From Candidatus Latescibacterota bacterium (GTDB lineage: Bacteria > Latescibacterota > UBA2968 > UBA8231), in the NCBI GenBank assembly GCA_965248355.1, contig OZ252098.1, forward strand, positions 96,001 to 160,000: DNA of 64,000 nucleotides. Direction: 5' to 3'. Position numbers and translations under genes: made by a program. Positions 49,513-57,190 of the stretch are shown in pieces. The notes beneath the pieces were generated by a model. It saw only the letters and a list, made by a program, of their open reading frames with translations, was not told the origin of the DNA and ran no database searches. Positions within the stretch are counted from its first letter, which is position 1. Every line of letters begins with the position of its first letter.

Positions 49513-51495
49513 GTGACCAGGCATCCTGAAAGACACCTCGCCACTGCTCTGGTGGCTCTCGCGGCTTTCCTGCCCCCGGTGGCCCGGGCGCAGGTCACCG
49601 TGGTAGTGGACGGGGAACCGCGGGCCGTGGTGGTCACGGCCGAAGTGCCCACGAAGACGGCTGCCTATGCGGTGGAAGAGCTGGTGGAGCACGTACGACT
49701 CGCCACCGGCGTCACTCTGGATGTCGTTCCCGAATCGAAGACGCCGACAGACGTGAACACGCGCATCTACGTGGGGGAGACGGCATCCGCTCTCCGCCAG
49801 GGGATCGACGTGGAGCGCCTGCCCAGGGAGACGTTGGTCATGCGGTCCGTGGGCAACGACCTCTACATCCTGGGAAGGGAGAGCGACGCCGATCCCCTGG
49901 ACCTGGGCAACCCGGACGTGGGCACCCTCTTCGGCGTCTACGAGTTCCTGGAGGAGTTCGTGGGAGTGCGCTGGCTGTGGCCCGGCGAGCTGGGCACGGA
50001 TGTGCCCAGGACAAGGACGATCACGATTCCGGCCGTCAGGCGTATGGAGCAGCCGGCCCTCCTATTCCGCTACATGAGGATTCCCCCGCACGACGTCGAG
50101 GAGGGCAGTGCTGTTGCACGATTGGGGTTCTCACCCCATGTGGCGCGCGACTACGACACGGCGCTGAGGGTGCTCTATCGAAGACACCGGCTGGGCGGAA
50201 GGGATGCGCACCCCCGGGGGGATCACAAATCGATCAGCTGGAACAAGTACGGCGAGAAGCACCCGGAGTGGTTCGTCCTTACCCGGGACGGGAGACGGGG
50301 GAATCCGAAACCGGGGAGGCCGCATCCGTATGTATCGCTGTGTGTGACCAACGAGGAGTTGCAGGACTTCATCGTCGAGCAATGGGATGGGAAGAGGGGC
50401 CTCGTCGTAAGGCCGGTGGACCGGCCGGGCCGGTGCACGTGCGACCCGTGCCGGGCATGGGATGGTCCCCAGCCCGAACCGCCGCCATGGTTTGCCAGGC
50501 TGATGTATGAGGACGACCACGATCCCCAGGTCTTCTACGGTCAGACCTCCGACCGGTACGTCCGTTTCTGGCAGGTGATTCGGGAGAAAGCGGCAAGGCG
50601 GAATCCGAACGTGCGGATCTTCGTCATGTCTCTGTACGAGAACGAGTTCACCGCACCGGTCAACAATGTATACCTCGGCCCGAACTACTACGGCGAGTTC
50701 GTTCAGTGGAGGGATCCTCACCTGCGCTACTTCCCGATGCCCACGGCGGCATTCGAGTGGATGAAGGAGCAGTGGCTTGGCTGGAAGAAGACCGGTATGA
50801 GGATGGGGTACCGGCCCAACTACCTTCTTGACGGCTACGTGTTGCCCCACTTTGAAACCGATCAGTCCGGCGCCTTCTTCAAGTTCGCTTACGAGAACGG
50901 AATGGAAGGCACGGACTTCGACATGAACACCGGGCAGTGGGCGGTGCAGGGGCTCCGGCTCTACATGCACCTGCGGCTGAACAACGATCCGGAACTGGAG
51001 ATCGACGCGATTCGCGACGAGTACTTCTCAGCCTTCGGCCCGGCGGCTGAGAGCGTCAGGCGCTACTGCGACTACTGGGAGGGCTATGCGGTGGAGAACA
51101 CCTTGAACTTCATCCAGGACCTGGAGGTGCGCCGGTACGCGAAATACCCTCTTCAGGCCCACCATGCCTTCCCTCCGGAGGTCTTCGATCCGGCCGTCCC
51201 CATTCTGAAGCAGGCGTTGCACGAGGCGGGCACCAGCCCCCGGCCCGGGTTCGCGGGGCGAGTCAGGTTCCTCCAGGTGGGTCTGGAACACGCCCTTCTG
51301 ACGATCGCCTTCACCGCCATCCACGATGGCAATGCGGAGGTGCCGGAGCAGCGGGTGGACGAAGCCAGGGAGGCCCTGCGCGAGTTGGTGCAGTTCCGAA
51401 AGGATCACCAGCATCTGTTCTTCTCGGACCTCGCCCATGTGACGGGGTACATGGAGAACCGACACCTGGATCTGAGCTACTTCTCCGGGTTGTAG
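49513..51495 (+). CDS. Secreted DUF4838-domain protein, close paralog of 36494..38491
   Basis: Shares near-identical blocks YGEFVQW.DPHLRYFPMP and GYRPNYL.DGYVLPHF; CVTN and CTCDPC; AGGAGG RBS. Confidence 0.82.
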   Translation: MTRHPERHLATALVALAAFLPPVARAQVTVVVDGEPRAVVVTAEVPTKTAAYAVEELVEHVRLATGVTLDVVPESKTPTDVNTRIYVGETASALRQGIDVERLPRETLVMRSVGNDLYILGRESDADPLDLGNPDVGTLFGVYEFLEEFVGVRWLWPGELGTDVPRTRTITIPAVRRMEQPALLFRYMRIPPHDVEEGSAVARLGFSPHVARDYDTALRVLYRRHRLGGRDAHPRGDHKSISWNKYGEKHPEWFVLTRDGRRGNPKPGRPHPYVSLCVTNEELQDFIVEQWDGKRGLVVRPVDRPGRCTCDPCRAWDGPQPEPPPWFARLMYEDDHDPQVFYGQTSDRYVRFWQVIREKAARRNPNVRIFVMSLYENEFTAPVNNVYLGPNYYGEFVQWRDPHLRYFPMPTAAFEWMKEQWLGWKKTGMRMGYRPNYLLDGYVLPHFETDQSGAFFKFAYENGMEGTDFDMNTGQWAVQGLRLYMHLRLNNDPELEIDAIRDEYFSAFGPAAESVRRYCDYWEGYAVENTLNFIQDLEVRRYAKYPLQAHHAFPPEVFDPAVPILKQALHEAGTSPRPGFAGRVRFLQVGLEHALLTIAFTAIHDGNAEVPEQRVDEAREALRELVQFRKDHQHLFFSDLAHVTGYMENRHLDLSYFSGL

Positions 51496-51498
51496 GGC

Positions 51499-54375
51499 CT
51501 ACTCCTCGAAGCCCAGGATGACCCGCATGAAGGCGGAGGTGATGTCGAGGTCATCCCTCTCCCGCGCGGGATCGCCGTATTGGCGCCGGCTCCACTTGAC
51601 CCCCAGGTTGGTGGCGATGTCATACCCGAAGTAGGGGGACCAGTTCGTCAGCTGCACCACCCGCACGACCTCCTCGTAGCTGTCGCGGCCGTCGGCCAGG
51701 TCCTCCTTGCGCAGGGGCAGGCCCGGCAGCCCCTGGGTGCCGAGCCAGAGATGGGTGCGCGGCGTGATGTGATACGACGTCTTGAGGATCGGTATGAAGG
51801 TCCACTCGTTGGCCAGGTCCACGGCCAGGCTCTGCCGGGTCCGGCGCAGCACCAGCCCCTTGGTCTGGGCGATCAGCTGCCACCGGTCCGACAGCTCCCG
51901 CACGTACTCGGCCCGGACCACCATCGTCAGCCGGGTGATGGTGTCGGCGGCCTGGTCGCTGCCGTCGGCCAGGGTCGCCTCCTGCTGCTCGTTGACCGCA
52001 TAGCGCAGGTTGCCGCCGAGGCGCAGACCGCCGGCGGCGGTGAGGTCGGCCTCGACGTAGTGCTGACGATCCAGGCTGTCCCGGTACTCCAATAGATCCA
52101 GCATCGTGGTGGGGGCGTAGGTCCGCTGCCGGTTGGGATAGCGGCCCCACGCCTCGTCGAAGACGACGTAGTTGTCGACGATGTCATCATGAAGCCGCCG
52201 GAGGCGGGTCTCGGCCCGGACCGAGCCCCACCGGGGGCTGTGGCGGCGGAAGTGGGCCACGCCGTAGGTGCTCTCGTTGCGGCCGCCGCCGACGATCCCC
52301 CCGGCCTGCAGCCGGCCCGCCGTGAGGCGGAAGCCGCCCGGCAGATGCAGCGTCCCGAAGAGGTGGTGCCCGCGCTGGTCCACCTCGTAGGGGTAGTCCG
52401 AATCCAGGTCGTCCTCGCGGTGGTCCGCAATCCCGTTGTTGTTGGCGTCCCGTCCATAGGCATACGCCAACGGCTCCACGTCGTACAGCAGGAACGCCTC
52501 CAGGTAGTCGGGCACCTGGTTGCCGTTGCGGTTGGTGTCCGGAATCCGGTCGTTGTCCCGGTCGTTGCCCGGAAACACCCCGTCCGGGTCGAAGGGGGTG
52601 CCTGTGTCCGCACTCATGGGGCGATGTCCGGGGCCGATGTCGGGATAGCGGTCGTCGTCGTCGTTGTCCTGCACGAAGCCGCTGTCGTACTCCTCGGCGA
52701 TGGAGAACAGCTCCCCGCCCACCTCCATCCGGCCCCGGCGCCACTGCCCGTTCACGTACCAGGCCCCCGCCCCCGTGCTGCTGCGCGCCCCGTTCCAGCG
52801 GCGGATCCCCCGGACCTCCCGGTCCTGGCGGTACCCCGGCCGGCCGTCGGGAAACTCCCGGTATTCCATGCCGCGGGCGTATTCCCAGCGCACCTCGGCG
52901 TCGCCCCACTCCCAGGCCCCGTTGAGACCCCACAGGGCCCGGCCCGTCCACTCCCCCAGATCCAGACGCACCCACTCCAGGTTCGACATGTCCTGCACGT
53001 TGCCCCGGGACCGGCGGGCGGCGGTCACCCCCGGCGTCTCCCTTTCCACGAAGTAGCCCTGCCCCGGCACCAGGGCATTGCCGCCGACGCGATAGTGGAA
53101 CTCGTAGTTCTCCACCGCCGGGGCCGAGACGAAAAGGGGCAGCACCTCGACCCGGTAGTCGTTGCCCACCAGCGCCTCCACCTGCACCTGGCGGATGAAG
53201 GGCTCCTGACTCACGTCGAAGACGGCGATGATCTGCTCGTGGCCGTCGGCCCGCAGCCCCGGAACGTCCGGCAGGGCCTCCACCCAGCGCAGCAGCTCCT
53301 CCAGGTTGACCTTGTCCGACACGTCCTCCCCCTGCAGGTGATCGCGCAGGTAGAGCACGTCCGCGAAGCGCGTGCCCCGATCCAGATAGGCCACGCGCCG
53401 GAACTGACCCGTGAGCCGGTTGGTGGAGCCCACCGCCGTGGGGTTCTGGCCGTTGATCCGGGCCAGGAACGGCCGCAGGTCCGGCCGGTCCTCCCCGTTG
53501 ATCTTCAGACGGACCTCGGAGACCACGGCGCCGGCCTGCAGGTCCTCCGGCGTATCGTCGGAGAACCGCACCAGGTAGGCCACCGGCAGCACCTGCTCGG
53601 CCTGCAGCCCCCCGCGCAGCACGAAGCGCTCCTGCTCCGCGTCGAAGATGTGGAAGTTCACCCCCGTCGCCCCCAGGGTCAGCGCCCCCAGCTCGACATC
53701 GCCGTGGGCCCCCAGAAGCATCAGCGAGCTCCGCCTGTGCTCGGTGAAGTCCCAGTCGGTCCAGACCGGACCTTCGCCGTAGCGGCCGGCGGTGAAGTGG
53801 CCGGTGTAGCGCTGGCCGATGACGGCCCCCCGCGCGTTGCCCACCTGGCTGTCCAGGCGGATGCCGTCGTACCCCGGCAGGGCCAGCGTCAGCGGCGTGA
53901 ACATCGTGCGGATCTCCTCCCCGTAGATCAGGCTCGCCGCCCACCGCGCGTGCGACTCCCGGGCCACCAGGTTGCGCTCGAAGCGCCCCCAACGGGGGAT
54001 CGTGCGGAAGGACTTGGGCAATGCCGACGTCGCCGACGACCGCGTCTCCCGCCACTCGTACACGTCGTAGCCCTGGATCAGGAAGTTGCCCAGGGGGCCG
54101 TAGTAGTTGCGCCGCGTGAAGCTCGTGAACTCCGGCAGCGTGTAGTCCTCGAAACCGTAGTTGAGGTAGGAGGGATCCGACCGGTAGAGAAAGGAGCGGC
54201 CGGAGACGTCCTGGGTGAACCCCAGGCGCGGCTCCGTCGCTCGCACCGGCCCGCACAACCCGCCCCCGGCCGCCAGAAGCGACCACAGGACCACATGACG
54301 GCAGCTTGACAACCAAACCCTCTCTTGTAGGTTCCGATCCCTTGGTCCAGTGACTGAGCGACGCACCGCGCTCAT
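51499..54375 (-). CDS. Large putative outer-membrane beta-barrel protein with acidic Ca-binding-like insert (paralog 1)
   Basis: Signal-like N-terminus; amphipathic strands; RTMFTPLTL, GNVQDMSNL, DNDDDDRYPD...DGVFPG...PDYLEAFLLY...DANNNGIADHREDD; AGAGGTG RBS before ATG 54375. Confidence 0.72.
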   Translation of the reverse strand: MSAVRRSVTGPRDRNLQERVWLSSCRHVVLWSLLAAGGGLCGPVRATEPRLGFTQDVSGRSFLYRSDPSYLNYGFEDYTLPEFTSFTRRNYYGPLGNFLIQGYDVYEWRETRSSATSALPKSFRTIPRWGRFERNLVARESHARWAASLIYGEEIRTMFTPLTLALPGYDGIRLDSQVGNARGAVIGQRYTGHFTAGRYGEGPVWTDWDFTEHRRSSLMLLGAHGDVELGALTLGATGVNFHIFDAEQERFVLRGGLQAEQVLPVAYLVRFSDDTPEDLQAGAVVSEVRLKINGEDRPDLRPFLARINGQNPTAVGSTNRLTGQFRRVAYLDRGTRFADVLYLRDHLQGEDVSDKVNLEELLRWVEALPDVPGLRADGHEQIIAVFDVSQEPFIRQVQVEALVGNDYRVEVLPLFVSAPAVENYEFHYRVGGNALVPGQGYFVERETPGVTAARRSRGNVQDMSNLEWVRLDLGEWTGRALWGLNGAWEWGDAEVRWEYARGMEYREFPDGRPGYRQDREVRGIRRWNGARSSTGAGAWYVNGQWRRGRMEVGGELFSIAEEYDSGFVQDNDDDDRYPDIGPGHRPMSADTGTPFDPDGVFPGNDRDNDRIPDTNRNGNQVPDYLEAFLLYDVEPLAYAYGRDANNNGIADHREDDLDSDYPYEVDQRGHHLFGTLHLPGGFRLTAGRLQAGGIVGGGRNESTYGVAHFRRHSPRWGSVRAETRLRRLHDDIVDNYVVFDEAWGRYPNRQRTYAPTTMLDLLEYRDSLDRQHYVEADLTAAGGLRLGGNLRYAVNEQQEATLADGSDQAADTITRLTMVVRAEYVRELSDRWQLIAQTKGLVLRRTRQSLAVDLANEWTFIPILKTSYHITPRTHLWLGTQGLPGLPLRKEDLADGRDSYEEVVRVVQLTNWSPYFGYDIATNLGVKWSRRQYGDPARERDDLDITSAFMRVILGFEE

Positions 54376-54462
54376 TGGGATCACCTCTCGGCGCGTGCCA
54401 TTCACTCGAGCACGCAGATACTCCTTGACATCGACAGTCCCCCAGAGACCGGCAGGATCCGA

Positions 54463-54960
54463 ATGCGAGCCGCACTAACCATCACAGTCTTGATTCTCGG
54501 CGTGTCCTGCTCCCGGGAGCCGACGCCGTTGGATGTGCATGAGGTTCTCGGCAAGAGCGAGGCCGAACTCATCGAGCGCTGGGGAGAACCCATGCAACAC
54601 GTCCAGGCTTCGGGAGGGAGGTTCGGGCATTTGCTGTGGAAAGATGTGCTGAATACGGGGGTCCGGGTCTTTGTGGTAATAAAGGAGGGGGAGGCGAGTT
54701 ATGTCAGCTACAGATTCGAGGAGATGAGACCCTTCGATGAGGACGAGGCCCTTCGGATGATCGGCGTCGAGCGGCCGGACGCCGAGCCCCAGACCATGAC
54801 CACCCCTGGGGCCAAACGCTGGCAGCCCTTCGAGGCGTACGAAAAGCTCACGCTCAACCCGCGGACCAGATTCATCTCGGTCGGGTCCGACCCGGTGAGA
54901 ATCCGCGCCGACCAGGCAGGAATCGGGGTCCGATCCCGAGTGAAGTCTCGTAGAGAGTAA
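54463..54960 (+). CDS. Putative lipoprotein
   Basis: MRAALTITVLILGVS-C lipobox-like signal; LGKSEAELIERWGEP motif. Confidence 0.7.
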   Translation: MRAALTITVLILGVSCSREPTPLDVHEVLGKSEAELIERWGEPMQHVQASGGRFGHLLWKDVLNTGVRVFVVIKEGEASYVSYRFEEMRPFDEDEALRMIGVERPDAEPQTMTTPGAKRWQPFEAYEKLTLNPRTRFISVGSDPVRIRADQAGIGVRSRVKSRRE

Positions 54961-55045
54961 AAAGCGTCTCATAAGCGGGGCATAAGCGTATATCTGTGGC
55001 CGCGTCCTCTCGGGCAGCAGGGGGATGTGGGACTCTTGTTTTCTC

Positions 55046-55125
55046 TTGACTTCCGTGAGAAAGCGCCGTACTTATCTGCCGTACTTTCTAGTGAACGTAA
55101 GGCCATATTTAAGCTGTGAACGTAA
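55046..55125 (+). promoter_or_regulatory. AT-rich promoter region with two pairs of direct repeats
   Basis: TTGACT at 55046; GCCGTACTT at 55065 and 55078; GTGAACGTAA at 55091 and 55116. Confidence 0.55.
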
Positions 55126-55132
55126 TTTATTT

Positions 55133-55223
55133 CTGGCCTCCTTGGGCCCTGTCGAGACCCGGCAGGTCGAGGTAGGCCAGCAACCAGTCTCACTCCGGAC
55201 CGAACAAGGCTCGGCTTCGGGGG
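55133..55223 (+). promoter_or_regulatory. Structured 5' leader with two stem-loops ahead of the RBS
   Basis: CTGGCCT(55133)...AGGCCAG(55180) closes a long hairpin; second hairpin about 55193-55223; AAGGAG RBS follows. Confidence 0.5.
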
Positions 55224-55242
55224 CGGAGAAAAGGAGTAACTC

Positions 55243-57090
55243 ATGAAGAAGGCGATCCTGCTGCTGTGTTCCGGACTGGTCGGGACGGCCGCGGCAAACG
55301 ACTTCGGCCAGTCGAACCCCGACTGGCAGGGTTTCGACGTCCACTGGAAGGGTGGTGCGCCGACGGTGCTGAAGCTCTCGACCCAGGACATGAACCACAC
55401 CTTTGACGGTTCCCCGGTCGAGATCCCCTTCACCATCGAAGGCGTTCCCACGGCCATGGTCTATCTCGCCGTGTACACCCTGGATGCCAATCCCCAGTAC
55501 GGCGGAGAGCCTTTTGGGGTGGGAGGCATCGAACAAAGCCTGATCCGCGCCGCCGGCGTGGATACCATGGTCTACATCAGTGCCGGAGATCGGTTCGACG
55601 CGGGCTCGAACACCATCACCTGGGACGGCACGGATTACAACGGCAGCCAGGTGGCTGCCGGCGTCTACAGGACCTACCTGTTTGCCATCGACGTCGACTC
55701 CCCGCCCACCTACGCGGGCGGGACCATGGCCCCGTGGCAGAACTCGGTGATCGACGACCAGAAGAGTCCCCCGGAAATCTGGTTCGCCCAACAGTTGGAG
55801 GGCGCGTGGCACATCAGGGTGAGCGAGATGGGCACCGACCTGCTCGCCAACCCCGAGGCATTTGAGACCTTCGCCATCCCGTGGGTCAACGCGGTCCCCC
55901 AGGAGAGTGGTGCTGACTGGAAGGACGTCGGCTACTTGCAGATGGATCCGGCCGAGGATAACGTGGCCTACGTCATCCGCTTCCAGAACCCGCCGGGCGG
56001 CCTGTACCGGGCGATCATCGATCGCGAGGCGGGCACCGCGCTGCTCGACGAGAGCTGGGAGAACTCCGACGGCGGGTACATCGCCATGGAGGTTCGCGGC
56101 ATCACCACCATGGTGACCAACGCCCGCCATCATCCCTGGGTGGCCGACGACGGCTTGCTCTACGCCACCGTCGCCGACCACGTGGAGCCCTACGGTTCGC
56201 CAGGTCCGGCGGTGCAGAGATTCGACCGCGCCACGGGGGAGCTGGTGGACGTCCTGTCGTTCCTCGACTACTTCCCCCAGGCTTACAACGACGAAGGCGC
56301 CCCCAGGAACTTCAAGTCGATAGCGGGGTTTGACGTCGACGAGACAGGCTACTACGGGACCAGTTACCTCGGCCGCCCGGGAGCGGGTCCGACGAAGACC
56401 GATCTCGACCTCAACCTGGTCTGGAAGAACCAGAACGGCGACTTCTACCTCGATTACTACACCAGTGACGAGAGGGAGGCCCTGGGGATCCCTTCAAACA
56501 TCCCGATAAGCATATTGGCCGCCCGCTGGGGGATCAGCTTCGTCGGCGGCTGGGAGGCGCCTGAATGGGCCACGGTCCTCGGACCCGACGGGTTTGGTCT
56601 GTTCAAGCTCAACCTGGGAATCCATATGCCCCCGGGCGCACTCGGCGGCATCGCGATGTTGATGGACAACGACAACGAGGCCGACGGTCTGTACATCGGC
56701 GTGGGAGCTGGGCCGTATCTGGCACACTTCCCCATGGACATCGCCCGGGCGAGGGTGGGGGAGGGCCTGACCACGGACGTCCAGGAGCTGGAGGGGGCGG
56801 CAACGCCCGGCGCCTTCGCGCTGGGTGATGCTTTCCCGAACCCCTTCAACCCTGAGACGACCGTCCGCATCGCCGTCCCCGAACTCGACGAGTCTGTGAC
56901 CCTGACCGTGCACAATGTGGCCGGTCAGGAAGTGGCCAGATTGGTGGACCAGGTGCTGGATGCCGGTTCCTACCACGTCACTTGGGACGGCACGGATTCT
57001 CAGGGCGTCAAGGTCGGCAGCGGGGTCTATGTCTTCCGGATGGTCGCCGGGAGTTTTACCGAGAGCAGGCGCGTAACTCTGCTGAAGTAA
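55243..57090 (+). CDS. Secreted protein with N-terminal and C-terminal FlgD-Ig-like domains (T9SS type-A-like CTD)
   Basis: Signal peptide MKKAILLLCSGLVGTAAA; TITWDGTDYNGSQVAAGVY near the N-terminus; C-terminal AFPNPFNPETT...TWDGTDSQG..VGSGVYVFRM...RRVTLLK. Confidence 0.85.
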   Translation: MKKAILLLCSGLVGTAAANDFGQSNPDWQGFDVHWKGGAPTVLKLSTQDMNHTFDGSPVEIPFTIEGVPTAMVYLAVYTLDANPQYGGEPFGVGGIEQSLIRAAGVDTMVYISAGDRFDAGSNTITWDGTDYNGSQVAAGVYRTYLFAIDVDSPPTYAGGTMAPWQNSVIDDQKSPPEIWFAQQLEGAWHIRVSEMGTDLLANPEAFETFAIPWVNAVPQESGADWKDVGYLQMDPAEDNVAYVIRFQNPPGGLYRAIIDREAGTALLDESWENSDGGYIAMEVRGITTMVTNARHHPWVADDGLLYATVADHVEPYGSPGPAVQRFDRATGELVDVLSFLDYFPQAYNDEGAPRNFKSIAGFDVDETGYYGTSYLGRPGAGPTKTDLDLNLVWKNQNGDFYLDYYTSDEREALGIPSNIPISILAARWGISFVGGWEAPEWATVLGPDGFGLFKLNLGIHMPPGALGGIAMLMDNDNEADGLYIGVGAGPYLAHFPMDIARARVGEGLTTDVQELEGAATPGAFALGDAFPNPFNPETTVRIAVPELDESVTLTVHNVAGQEVARLVDQVLDAGSYHVTWDGTDSQGVKVGSGVYVFRMVAGSFTESRRVTLLK

Positions 57091-57130
57091 GCGGCCAGCG
57101 GGCGTCTCTGTTGAGAGCAGCCTGATTCGG

Positions 57131-57170
57131 AAATGGGTGGCCGGTGAAAGCCGGCCACCCATTTGTTTCT
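57131..57170 (+). terminator. Strong stem-loop / intrinsic terminator
   Basis: Perfect 14-bp inverted repeat AAATGGGTGGCCGG-TGAAAG-CCGGCCACCCATTT followed by GTTTCT. Confidence 0.8.
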
Positions 57171-57190
57171 ATCGGCAAGGGAAACCGCCT

